Positions 1-11,326 of a DNA stretch of 64,000 nucleotides are shown here, one piece after another (within the stretch, counting starts at the first letter, position 1; each line of letters opens with the position of its first letter). The notes below the pieces were generated by a model. That model saw only the letters and a program-made list of their open reading frames with translations. It was not told the DNA's origin and did not search any database. A program made the position numbers and the translations under genes. The stretch is from assembly GCF_963921235.1 (NCBI RefSeq), contig NC_086108.1, forward strand, positions 434,001-498,000. Direction: 5' to 3'. Origin of the DNA: Mobula hypostoma (lineage: Eukaryota).

Positions 1-1810
1 TCTCAAATTTCAGGGTGAATTCTATCATATTATGATCACTGTCTCCTAAGGATTCCTTTACCTTAAGCTCCCTAATCAAATCTGTATCATGACATAGCAC
101 ACAATCCAGATTTGCCATTCACCAAGCTGTTCCAAAAAGCCATCTTGTAGGCATTCTACAAATTCCCTCTCTTGGGTTGTAGCACCAACTTGATTTTCCT
201 AATCTGCTTGCATATTGATATCCCCCTTTTTACATGTCTTTTCCATTTCCCAATATAATTTGAAGAGCATTTGCTGAATACTGTAATTTACAACCTCATC
301 CTGAAAGCCAAGTGACTGAACCCTCTTGACCATCCTCTCATGTGGGACCTTGTCAATGCCTTTGCTGAAGTCCATGTAAACTGCATCCACTGCCTCTCTT
401 GCATTAACTTTCCTGGTAACTTATTCAATAAACTTGTTTAGAAAGACCTACCACACAAAAAACTAATGTTGATTATCCATAATCAGTCCCCATCTATTGA
501 AATATTTATATATCCAGTCCCTTTGAATATCTTCTAATAACTTACCCACTCCTGATGTCAGAAACAGAATCAGAATCAGGTTCAATATCATCGCATATGT
601 CGTGAAATTTGTTGCCTTTATGGCAGCAGTACAATGCGATATATAATAATTCCCTGTTGATTACAGCCTTTCTTAAACAACAGAGCAACATTACCCCATC
701 CTCCAGTACATCATGCATCTTAAATACCTCTTCTAGGGCTCTAGAAAGTTATGCACTCACCAATTAAAGACCTTATCAGGCCCTGGGAACTTATCCAGCC
801 CAATTTGCCTCAAAACAGCGAGCACCTCCTACTCTGTAATTGTATATGGTCCACGACCTCATTGCTGCGTACCTCGCTTCTATAGACTCCATGTCTATCT
901 CCCAAGTTCAAAATTCAAAATAAAGTTATTATCAGTGCACGTTCATGTCACCACAGAGATTCTTTTCTGCAGACATATTTAGCAAATCTATAGAACAGTG
1001 GCAGTAAACTGTAAGCAAACTGTGCAAATGCAGACAGAAATAAATAACAATATAACAGAGTCCTTAAATGAGTGTAGCTTTTGTTCAGGAGCCTGACAGT
1101 TGAGGAGTAGTAACTGCCCTTGAACCTGGCGTAGTGAGTCCTGAGGCAGCCGAACCTTCTACCTGTTGGCAGCAGCGAGAAAAGAGCACGGCATGGGTGG
1201 GGAGGATCTTTGATGATGGATGTTGCTTTTCTACGGCAACCTTTCATGTAGATGTTCTCAATAGTTGGGAGAATTGTTCCCGTGATGTACTGGGCTAATT
1301 CCATGTCCTTTTGTAGGATTTCCCACTCAAAGGCATTGGAGATCCCATAGCAGCCAGTTGGCACACTTTCTACCACAGATCTATAGTTTTCCAAGCTTCT
1401 TGATGACATGCCGAACCTCCGCAGACTCCTGAGGAAGTAGAGGCACTGTCGTGCTTTCTTCACGATAATATTTATGTGATGAGTCCAGGATAGGTCATCT
1501 GAGATAGCGACAGCCAGGAATTTAACGTTATTGACCCTCTCTACCTCTGACCCTCCAATGAGTACTGGTTCATTGACCTCTGGTTTCCCTCTCCTGAAGT
1601 CTGTCATCAACTCTTTGGTCTTATAAGTAAATACAGATGCAAAAAATCCATTGAAGGCCTTCCCTATTTCCTTCGGCTCCATGCATAGATGATCAATCTG
1701 ATCTTCTGGATTAATTTTGTACCTTACTATCTGTTTTCTCTTAATATATCTGGAGAAGCCCTTGTGATTCACCTTCACCTTGCCATCTTTTAGCCTCCAG
1801 ATTTCTTTCT
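1..1810 (-). mobile_element. Degraded CR1 LINE ORF2 fragments, interrupted by a Rex1/Babar piece
   Basis: Minus-strand peptides DAVYMDFSKGIDKVPH (RT) and KGFSRYIKRK...FFASVFT (linker); many stops and indels. Confidence 0.75.
915..1620 (-). mobile_element. Rex1/Babar-type LINE 3' fragment
   Basis: TKELMTDFRR...VERVNNVKFLAVAISDDLSWTHH...KKARQCLYFLRSLRRFG in ORF 948..1778, typical of the Rex1/Babar RT C-terminal region. Confidence 0.75.
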
Positions 1811-2019
1811 TAATTGCTCTCTTACATTTCTTATGCTCCTCAAGTACCTCATTTGTTCTACCTACCTGTACCTGCTGTGTACCTTCGTCTTCTTCTTAAC
1901 CAGGCCTCGACATCTCTCAAAAATCAAGATTCTGACAGGAACAAATCATTTCTGTACTTTCAAAATTTAATTTTTGAAGGCCTCCCACTTACTAAACATA
2001 CCTTTGTCAGAAATCACCT

Positions 2020-3480
2020 GGGCGGGTAGAAACAGGATGATTTGGTAAATTAATGTGTGACTGAAAAGCTGGTTCGGGAGCAGGGCTTCAAATTCATGGA
2101 TCATTAGAGTCTCTTCTGGGGGAGGCATGACCTGTTCAAAAGTGACGGGTTGCACCTGAACCTGAGGGGAGCCAATATTCTCTGGGGCAGGGTTGTTAGA
2201 GATGTTCGGGAGGCTTTAAACCAATTTGGCAGAGGGGTGGGAACCTGAATGAAAGGACTCAGGATAGCACCAATAGTAAAAAGCAAAGATAGTGTGCAGT
2301 CAGACTGTCAGGAAAGGCAGACAGATGATAGGATAGAATTGCAGCCAGCAGGGTGAGTATCAGGGTAGTAGGGATACAGAATCAATAGGAGTAGCCAATA
2401 CAGTACTCAAAGTGTTATATCTTAATGCATGGAGTATAAGAAATAAGATGGATGATCTTGTTGATCTATTACAGATTGTCAGGTATGATGTTGTGGCAAT
2501 CAGTGATTTGTAGCTGAAGGATAGTTGTAGTTGGGAGCTGAATGTCCAAGGTTACACGTTGTATCGGAAGGATAGGAAGGTAGGTAAATGGGCTGGCATG
2601 GCTCGGCTGGGAAAGAATGACATCAAATCAGTCAGAACTTGCGACTGATCTTGAATCCTTGTGGGTTGAGTTAAGAAACTGCAAGGGTAAAAGGACCCTA
2701 ATGGCAGTTATATACAGGTCTCCCAGTAGTAGCTGGGATGTGGACTATAGATTACAACAGGAAATAGAAAAAGGCATGTCAAAAGGGCAACATTATGATG
2801 GTCTTGAGAGATTTCAACATGGAGGTTAATTGGGAAAATCAGGTTGGAAATGGATCTCAAGAGAATAAGTTTGTTGAATGCTTAGTAGATAACTTTTTAG
2901 AACAGCTTGTCATTGAGCCTACTAGGGAATCAGCTATACTGGATTGGGTATTATGTAATGAACCAGGGGTGATTAGGGAACTTAAGGTAAAAGAACCCTT
3001 AGGATTGAGTTCAACTTGAAATTAGATAGGGAGCAAGTAAAATCTGACATAGCAGCATTTCAATGGAGTAAAGGAAATTACAATGGTATGACAGAGGAGT
3101 TGGCCAAAGTAAATTGGAAGGAGCTGCTGACAAGGATGACAGCAGAACAGCAATGGTGTGAGTTTCTGGGAAAGTGAGGAAGGTGTGGGATAGATGTATT
3201 CCAAAAATGAAGAAATGCTCAAATGGCAAAATAATACAACAATGGCTGACAAGGAAAGTCAAAGCTAATGTAAAATCAAAACAGAGGGCATACAACAAAG
3301 CAAAAATTAGCAGGAAGACAGAGGATTGGGAAGCTTTTAAAACCCTACAGAGAGCAACTAAAAGAATCATTAGGACAGAAAAGATGAAATATGAAAGCGA
3401 GCTAGCAAATAATATGAAAATGGATAGTAAAAGCTTTTACAAGTATTTAACAAATAAAAGAGAGATGAGAGTGGATGTAG
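2020..3480 (+). mobile_element. Degraded CR1 LINE: ORF1 esterase end, TTTAAAC junction, APE endonuclease
   Basis: DGLHLNLRG-like end of ORF1; WVELRNCKGKRTLMAVIYRSP; EPTRESAILDWVLCNE; TTTAAAC at 2215-2221. Confidence 0.85.
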
Positions 3481-3982
3481 GCACAAAATAATCTGCAGAT
3501 GCTGGGGTCAAAGCAACACTCACAACACGCTGGAGCACGTCGGGCAGCATCCGTGGAAAAGATCGGTCAACGTTTCGGGCCGGAACCCTTCGTCAGGACT
3601 GTAGAGGGAAGGGGCAGAGGCCCTATAAAGAAGGTGGGGGGAGGGTGGGAAGGAGAAGGCTGGTAGGTTCCAGGTGAAGAACCAGTAAGGGGAAAGATAA
3701 AGGGGTGGGGGAGGGGAGGCAGGGAAGGGATAGGCAGGAAAGGTGAAGAAAGAATAGGGGAAAACACAATGGGTAGTAGAAGGAGGCAGAACCATGAGGG
3801 AGGTGATAGGCAGCTGGGGGAGGGGGCAGAGTGACATAGGGATAGGGGAAGGGAGGGGAAGGGAATTACCGGAAATTGGAGAATTCTATGTTCATACCAA
3901 GGGGCTGGAGACTACCTAGACGGTATATGAGGTGTTGCTCCTCCAACCCGAGTTTAGCCTCATCATGGCAGTAGAGGAGGCC
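3481..3982 (-). mobile_element. Penelope-like element 3' fragment: GIY-YIG C-terminus, 3' UTR and hammerhead motif
   Basis: Minus strand reads LLYCHDEAKLGLEEQHLIYRLGSLQPLGMNIEFSNFR*, followed by a pyrimidine-rich UTR and a CTGACGA...GAAAC motif. Confidence 0.85.
3564..3601 (-). ncRNA. Minimal type I hammerhead ribozyme (Penelope-associated)
   Basis: Minus strand CAGTC-CTGACGA-AGGGTTCCGGCCC-GAAACGTT-GACCG: CUGANGA and GAAA cores, stem I CAGTC/GACCG, stem II GGG/CCC, palindromic AACGTT stem III. Confidence 0.7.
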
Positions 3983-3984
3983 AG

Positions 3985-4310
3985 TTATGTTGCTGCTTAG
4001 TTAAGGCATGGAGTTCCAGAATGGGGAATCTACCATGTGTTGCAGCTTTATAAACCTCTGATCAGGCTACATGTGCAGTATTGCATTTAATTACAGTCAT
4101 TCCATTTCAGGAAGGATATGGAGGCTTTTGAGAAGGTGCAAAGGGGTTATACCAGCATACTGCCTGGATTAGATGGCATGTGGTATAAGGAGAGTTTGGA
4201 CAAACCTGGGTTCTTTTCTTCAGAGCGGTGGAGGCTAAAGGGAGACCCAAATGAAGTTTATAAAATTATGAGGCATAATTTTAGATATCTGTTATCTTTT
4301 ATTCAGAGTT
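3985..4310 (+). mobile_element. Degraded CR1 3' ORF2 fragment
   Basis: EAFEKVQRGYTSILPGL...ERWRLKGD..EVYKIM. Confidence 0.7.
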
Positions 4311-4389
4311 GAAATCTCTGCAGAGCATTTGTGATGAGAGTCCTTGACAAGATAGGTTTGGGCCCAGTTGATGGGGTATTCAAGGCTAG

Positions 4390-5820
4390 GATCAGAATCA
4401 GATGTATCCTGAAATTTGTTAACTTAGCAGCAGCAGTTCAATGCAACACATAATAGAGAATAAACAAATAAATAAATAAATAACAGTATATGTATATTGA
4501 ATAGATTAAAAATCATAAATAATATATATTAAAAAAGTGAGGTAGTGTCCATTCAGGAATTGGATGGTAGGGGAGAAGAAGCTGTCCTTGAATGGCTGAG
4601 TGTGAGCCTTCAGGCTTCTGTACCTCCTATCTGATGGTAACAGTGAGAAAAGGCATGGCCTGGGTGCTGGAGGCTGCCTTTCTGAGACACCGTTTCTTGA
4701 AGATGTCCTGGGTACTTTGTAGGCTAGTGCCCAAGAAGGAGCTGACTAACTTTATGATCCTCTTTCAGTCCTGAGCAGGGGCCCCAAACATAACAGACAG
4801 TGATGCAGCCTGTCAGGATGCTCTCCACAGTGCATCTAAAGATGTTTTTGACTGGTTTTGTTGACAAGCCTGATCTCTTCAAACCCCTAATGAAGTATAG
4901 GCTCGGCCTTGCCTTCTTTATAGCTGCATCGATATGTTAGGACCAGATTAGGTTCTCAGAGACCTTGACACCCTGGAACTTGAAACTGATCACTCTCTCT
5001 ACTTGTTATCCCTTTATGAGGATTGATATGTGTTCCTTCGTCTTACCCTTCCTGAAGTCCACAATTAGCTCTTTTGTCTTACTGACACTGAGTGCCAGGT
5101 TGTTGCTGCGACACCACTCTACTAGTTGGTATATCTCACTCCTGTACGCCTTCTCATCTCCATCTGAGATTCTACCAACAATGGTTGTATCATCAGAAAA
5201 TTTACAGATGGTATTTGAGCTATGCCTAGCCACACAGTCATGGTATAAAGAGAGTAGAGCAGTGGGCTAAGCACATGCCCCTGAGGTGCACCAGTGTTGA
5301 TCGTCTGCAAGGAAGAGATGTTATCACCAATCCGCACAGACTGTGGTCTTCTGTTTATGAAGCTGAGGATCCAATTGCAGAGGGAGGTTCAGAGGCCCAG
5401 GTTCTGTAAGTTCTTAATTAGGATTGTGGGAATGATGGTATTAAATGCTGCACTGTAGTCAATGAACAGCATCCTGACATAGGTGTTTGTATTGTCCAGG
5501 TGGTCTAAAGCCCTGTGAAAAGCCGTGAAGATTGCATCTGCCATTGACCTATAGTGATGATAGGCAAATTGCAATGGGTCCAGGTCCTTGCTGATGCAGG
5601 AGTTCAGTCGAGTCATGACCAACCTTTCAAAGCATTTCATCACTGTCGATGTGAGTGCTACTGGGCGATATCATTAAGGCAGCCACGTTATTCTTCTTAG
5701 GCACTGGTATAATTGTTGCCTTTTTGAAGTAAGTGGGAACTTCCAACTGTAGCAGTGAGAGGTTGAAAATGCCCTTGAATACTTACGCCAGTTGGCCGGC
5801 ACAAGTTTTCAGAGACTTAC
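4390..5820 (-). mobile_element. Rex1/Babar LINE RT and 3' end, degraded
   Basis: MKCFERLV...LDPLQFAY...[41 protein letters not shown]; tail seen as atcagaatcaga on +. Confidence 0.85.
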
Positions 5821-5840
5821 CCCGCTGCTCCATAGTGGCC

Positions 5841-8800
5841 TTTACACTAGAATGGTTGGGGTGGTGGGAATCAAATTAAAGAGATGAGGAGAGAGGGGGT
5901 TAGTTCACAACAGGGGGATAGGAACAAGTGCAGAGAGACAGAGGGGGGTAAAATGAGAGTAGAAGCAAAAAGTAGTAAGGTGAAAAGTAAAAGTGGCAGG
6001 CCGGCAAATCCAGGGCAAAAATCAAAAAGGGCCACTTTTCAACATAATCATATTAGGGCTAAGAGTGTTGTAAAAGTGAGCCTGAAGGCTTTGTGTGTCA
6101 ATGCATGGAGCATTCATAATAAGGTGGATGAATTGAAAGTGCAGATTGTTATTAATGATTATGATATAGTTGGGATCACAGAGACATGGCTCCAGGGTGA
6201 CCAAGGATGGGAGCTCAACATTCAGGGATATTCAATATTCAGGAGGGATAGACATGAAGGAAGGGGAGGTGGGGTGGCGTTGCTGGTTAAGGATGAGATT
6301 AACGCAATAGAAAGGAAGGACATAAGCCGGGAAGATGTGGAATCGATATGGGTAGAGCTGCATAACACTAAGGGGCAGAAAACGCTGGTGGGAGTTGTGT
6401 ACAGGCCACCTAACAGTAGTAGTGAGGTCAGAGATGGTATTAAACAGGAAATTAGAAATGCGTGCAATAAAGGAACAGCAGTTATAATGGGTGACTTCAA
6501 TCTACATATAGATTGGGTGAACCAAATTGGTAAGGGTGCTGAGGAAGAGGATTTCTTGGAATGTATGCGGGATGGTTTTTTGAACCAACATGTCGAGGAA
6601 CCAACTGGAGAGCAGGCTATTCTAGACTGGGTATTGAGTAATGAGGAAGGGTTAATTAGCAATCTTGTCATGAGAGGCCCTTTGGGTAAGAGTGACCATA
6701 ATATGGTGGAATTCTTCATTAAGATGGAGAGTGACATAGTTAATTCAGAAACAAAGGTTCTGAACTTAGAGAAGGGTAACTTTGAAGGTATGAGACGTGA
6801 ATTAGCTAAGATAGACTGGCAAATGACACTTAAAGGATTGACGGTGGATATGCAATGGCAAGCATTTAAAGATGGCATGGATGAGCTACAACAATTGTTT
6901 ATCTCAGTTTGGCAAAAGAAAAATCAAGGAAGGTAGTGAACCCGTGGCTGACAAGGGAAATTAGGGATAGTATCAATTCCAAAGAAGAAGCATACAAATT
7001 AGCCAGAAAAAGTGGCTCACCTGAGGACTGGGAGAAATTCAGAGTTCAGCAGAGGAGGACAAAGGGCTTAATTAGGAAGGGGAAAAAAGATTGTGAGAGA
7101 AAACTGGGAGGGAATATAAAAACTGACTGTAAAAGCTTTTATAGATATGTAAAAAGGAAAAGACTGGTAAAGACAAAAGTAGGTCCCCTACAGACAGAAA
7201 CAGGTGAATTGATTATGGGGAGCAAGGACATGGCAGACCAATCGAATAACTACTTTGGTTTGTCTTCACGAAGGAGGACATAAATAATCTTCCAGAAATA
7301 GTAGGGGACAGAGGGTCCAGTGAGATGGAGGAACTGAGGGAAATACATGTTGGTAGGGAAGTGGTATTAGGTAAATTGAAGGGATTAAAGGCAGATACAT
7401 CCCCAGGGCCAGAAGGTCTGTATCCCAGAGTGCTTAAGGAAGTAGCCCAAGAAATAGTGGATGCATTAGCGATAATTTTTCAAAACTCTTTAGATTCTGG
7501 ACTAGTTCCTGAGGATTGGAGGGTGGCTAATGTAACCCCACTTTTTAAAAAAGGAGGGAGAGAGAAACCGGGGAATTATAGACCGGTTAGCCTAACGTCG
7601 GTGGTGGGGAAACTGCTGGAGTCAGTTATCAAAGATGTGATAACAGCACATTTGGAAAGCGGTGAAATGATCGGACAAAGTCAGCATGGATTTGTGAAAG
7701 GAAAATCATGTCTGACGAATCTCATAGAATTTTTTGAGGATGTAACTAGTAGAGTGGATAGGGGAGAACCAGTGAATGTGGTATATTTAGATTTTGAAAA
7801 GGCTTTTGACAAGGTCCCACACAGGAGATTAGTGTGCAAACTTAAAGCACACGGTGTTGGGGTTAAGGTATTGATGTGGATAGAGAATTGGTTGGCAGAC
7901 AGGAAGCAAAGAATGGGAATAAACGGGACCTTTTCAGAATGGCAGGCAGTGACTAGTGGGGTACCGCAAGGCTCAGTGCTGGGACCCCAGTTGTTTACAA
8001 AAGCGGTCCCCAACCACCGGGCCACGGAGCATGTGCTACCGGGCCGCGAGGAAACGATATGATTTGGCGATATGAGTCAGCTGCACCTTTCCTCATTCCT
8101 TGTCACGCCCACTGTTGAGCCTGAACGCACGCGAGGTCATTACGCACGCGACATCCATGTCAGCGCGGGAAGGAGATCAACTCCTCGAGCTTGCAAATGA
8201 TGGTAGGCTGAAAAGTATGTTTGACATAACGAAATTGAGTGTATTAGCCTCTTATCACCTATATTTCGGTCATGATTCACACCCCTGCGTTCCCCCCCCG
8301 ATCAGAATCGCCAAAAAGGATTTGTAGAAAAAAATTGGGAGGTACACGCATGCGCACTGTTGCCCGCGCAAGGCGTCATGGTCATTGTAGTCTTTCTCGG
8401 GGTAAACACAACGTATTTGACTGCTACTCTTATCCGTTGGCAACCCTAACCAACCCCACCTCCCCGGGTCGGCCGGTCCGCAAGAAAATTGTCAATATTA
8501 AACCGGTCCGCAATGCGAGAAAGGTTGGGGACCCCAGTTGTTTACACTATAAATTAATGACAGGTGAGGAAATTAAATGCAGCATCTCCAAGTTTGCGGA
8601 TGACACGAAGCTGGGCGGCAGTGTTAACTGTGAAGAGGATGCTAAGAGGATGCAGGGTGACTTGGATAGGTTAGGTGAGTGGGCAAATTCATGGCAGATG
8701 CAATTTAATGTGGATAAATGTGAAGTTATCCACTTTGGTGGCAAAAACAAGAAAACAGATTATTATCTGAATGGTGGCCGATTAGGAAAAGGGGAGGTGC

Positions 8801-9530
8801 AACGAGACCTGGGTGTCATTATACACCAGTCGTTGAAAGTGGGCATGCAGGTACAGCAGGCGGTGTAAAAGGCGAATGGTATGCTGGCATTTATAGCAAG
8901 AGGATTCGAGTACAGGAGCCGGGAGGTACTACTGCAGTTGTACAAGGCCTTGGTGAGACCACACCTGGAGTATTGTGTGTAGTTTTGGTCCCCTAATCGG
9001 AGGAAGGACATCCTTGCCTTAGAGGGAGTACAAAGAAGGTTCACCAGATTGATTCCTGGGATGGCAGGACTTTCATATGATGAAAGACTGGATCAACTAG
9101 GCTTATACTCGTTGGAATTTAGAAGATTGAGGGGGGATCTTATTGAAACGTATAAAATCCTAAAGGGATTGGACAGGCTAGATGCAGGAAGATTGTTCCC
9201 GATGTTGGGGAAGTCCAGAACGAGGGGCCACAGTTTGAGGATAGAGGGGAAGCCTTTTAGGACCGAGATTAGGAAAAACTTCTTCACACAGAGAGTGGTG
9301 AAACTGTGGAATTCTCTGCCACAGGAAACAGTTGAGGCCAGTTCATTGGCTATATTTAAGAGGGAGTTAGATATGGCCCTTGTGGCTAAAGGGATCAGTG
9401 GGTATGGAGGGAAGGCTGGTACAGGGTTCTGAGTTGGATGATCAGCCATGATCATACTGAATGGCGGTGCAGGCTCAAAGGCCCGAATGGCCTACTCCTG
9501 CACCTATTTTCTATGTTTCTATGTTTCTAT
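5841..9530 (+). mobile_element. CR1 LINE (subfamily A), 5'-truncated at the ORF1/ORF2 junction; APE and RT with a few lesions; contains a hAT insertion
   Basis: GITETW, MGDFN, SDHN, NYRPVSLTS, SGVPQGSVLGP and KFADD motifs; (CTATGTTT)n tail at about 9510-9530. Confidence 0.95.
8001..8537 (+). mobile_element. Internally deleted hAT (Charlie/Buster-like) DNA transposon
   Basis: Terminal inverted repeats GGTCCCCAACC / GGTTGGGGACC; internal DQLLELANDGRLKSMFD resembles a Buster-type transposase segment. Confidence 0.75.
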
Positions 9531-10430
9531 TCAAAGCACTTCATGACGATTTCACTGGGCAGAAGTGATTTAGTTGTGAAAGTGTCAGGTTCTTTGGTAC
9601 AAAGGAGCTGGTGGCGGATTTGAAACATGTGTGGACAGTAGCCTGAATGAGTGAAATGTTGAAAAGGTCTATGAAGATATCAGTGAGCTGGTGTGCACAC
9701 TCCCCTAGTACTCAGTCCGGGATGTTCTCTGCCCAGCCACCTTATGGAGGTTGCCTCTCTGCAGAGTGCATCTCATGTCTGCTGCTGTCACAGAAAGTGG
9801 CTGCTCACCTGGGAGGAGGTAGCTTTCCTGGCTGCTGTTGTTACATGCCTGGAAGCATACAGAAAAGTTATTTAAAGCTTCAGAGTACAGTTGACACTAT
9901 TTTTTATCTTGCACAGTCAGGAATGCTCTTGATACCCAGCTGGAGATTACTGACTTTTTTTGTGTGTGTGACAGTGGTCTTTGCCCTCTGTATGCCTAGC
10001 TGGTTTTGCCGAGCTGCTCTAATAGCTGATGTGAAGGGAGCACACCTTCGCATTCAGCCAGGGCTTCTGGTTGGGATTTGAGATGTCTGGCCACCCTCTA
10101 CACAATTACAGATGTAGCTGGAGACAGAGGAGGCAATATTCATGTGGCTCACGTCTTCTCCATTTGTCATGCCCCCTTGGATATCTGCCAGTTCCTCTGT
10201 TCAGAACAGCCCTGAACCTGAGATTGCCTCATTAGGCCAAACAGTGATGGTCCTTTCATCAGTCCCACAATGCCTTTAGCCTTCACTTGCACATTCCCAG
10301 CAAGAAGACAGTAGCAACAGCCAGGACGCCCAGAAGGAGAGAAACTCTGCTAGAAGCAAAGACACTGCAAGGGCACGAGAGGAGGTTTAAGTGTCATTTT
10401 AAGTATTTTAGAAATGCTGCTTAAAACAGG
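9531..10430 (-). mobile_element. Highly degraded LINE fragment, probably Rex1/Babar-like
   Basis: Starts tcaaagcacttcatgac, like the MKCFE region at about 5630; otherwise decayed. Confidence 0.4.
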
Positions 10431-10689
10431 AACACATACAGAGACACACAATAAGATTAAATCCACACAAGCACATATCAATCTACATTCTTTCACCAGG
10501 ATTCACGTTCCAACAATACAATCTCAGCACACATATCAAGAATTTGGAAGAATCACATGAAAAGTCCACTAACACGCTTTATCTATTCCATTTAGGCAAA
10601 CGATGCTAGGAATAGGAGGGAGGCCTCACACACTGGAGAGGCATCTCAATGATGCCAAATATCCTCCATAGCATTCCATCATTGAATCC

Positions 10690-11275
10690 TCAACTATCGC
10701 ACTATGGCATTACTCTTCATCAATAAATAAACTGGAATAGCAACGTACACAAAATCACCTCAGCACAGGTCAGTGCCCTAGATCCTGTGGTAAGCAACTT
10801 GTCCAAAGTATTTTCGTCATCGACAAGGCTCAGCCAGAAATGTGATAGAATATTCTCCACTTGCCTGGATGAATACAGTTCCAAGAACCTTCCAGAAGCT
10901 CAAAACCATGCAATTCATAGCAACCAACTTGATAGCCACCTCATCCGGAGCCATTCACCCACTTCACGTAATGCACAGCAGCAGCAGTCAGTACGATCTA
11001 CAAGATGCACTGCAGCATCTCACAAGACTCTTCCAAACCTATCACCTCGACCACATCGAAGGACAACAGCAGCAAGTACATGGGGACACCACCATTGACT
11101 TCCGAGACAGACACCATCCTGAAGAGAAGTTCATCACCCTTCCCTTACCGTTGCTGGGTCAGAATCGCAGAACTTCCTCCATAACAGCATTGTGAGTCTA
11201 CCTACACTTCATGGATTATAGTTATTCAAGGAGGCAGCTCATCCCAGATTCACAAGGACAATTATGCTGGTCACC
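10690..11275 (+). mobile_element. Degraded CR1/L2-group LINE 3' fragment
   Basis: EYSPLAWMN..., a WNSLP-like segment and ttcaaggaggcagctca near the 3' end. Confidence 0.5.
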
Positions 11276-11326
11276 CTCATTCCTCCAAATATTAAAGAAA
11301 TAGGACCCAACTATACTGACTCTGAG

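Noticed and set aside
6222..6878. Long antisense ORFs over CR1 ORF2 (also 13316..14092, 55860..56636, 11404..12096)
   Set aside because: Shadow frames of near-identical CR1 copies with no independent protein motifs
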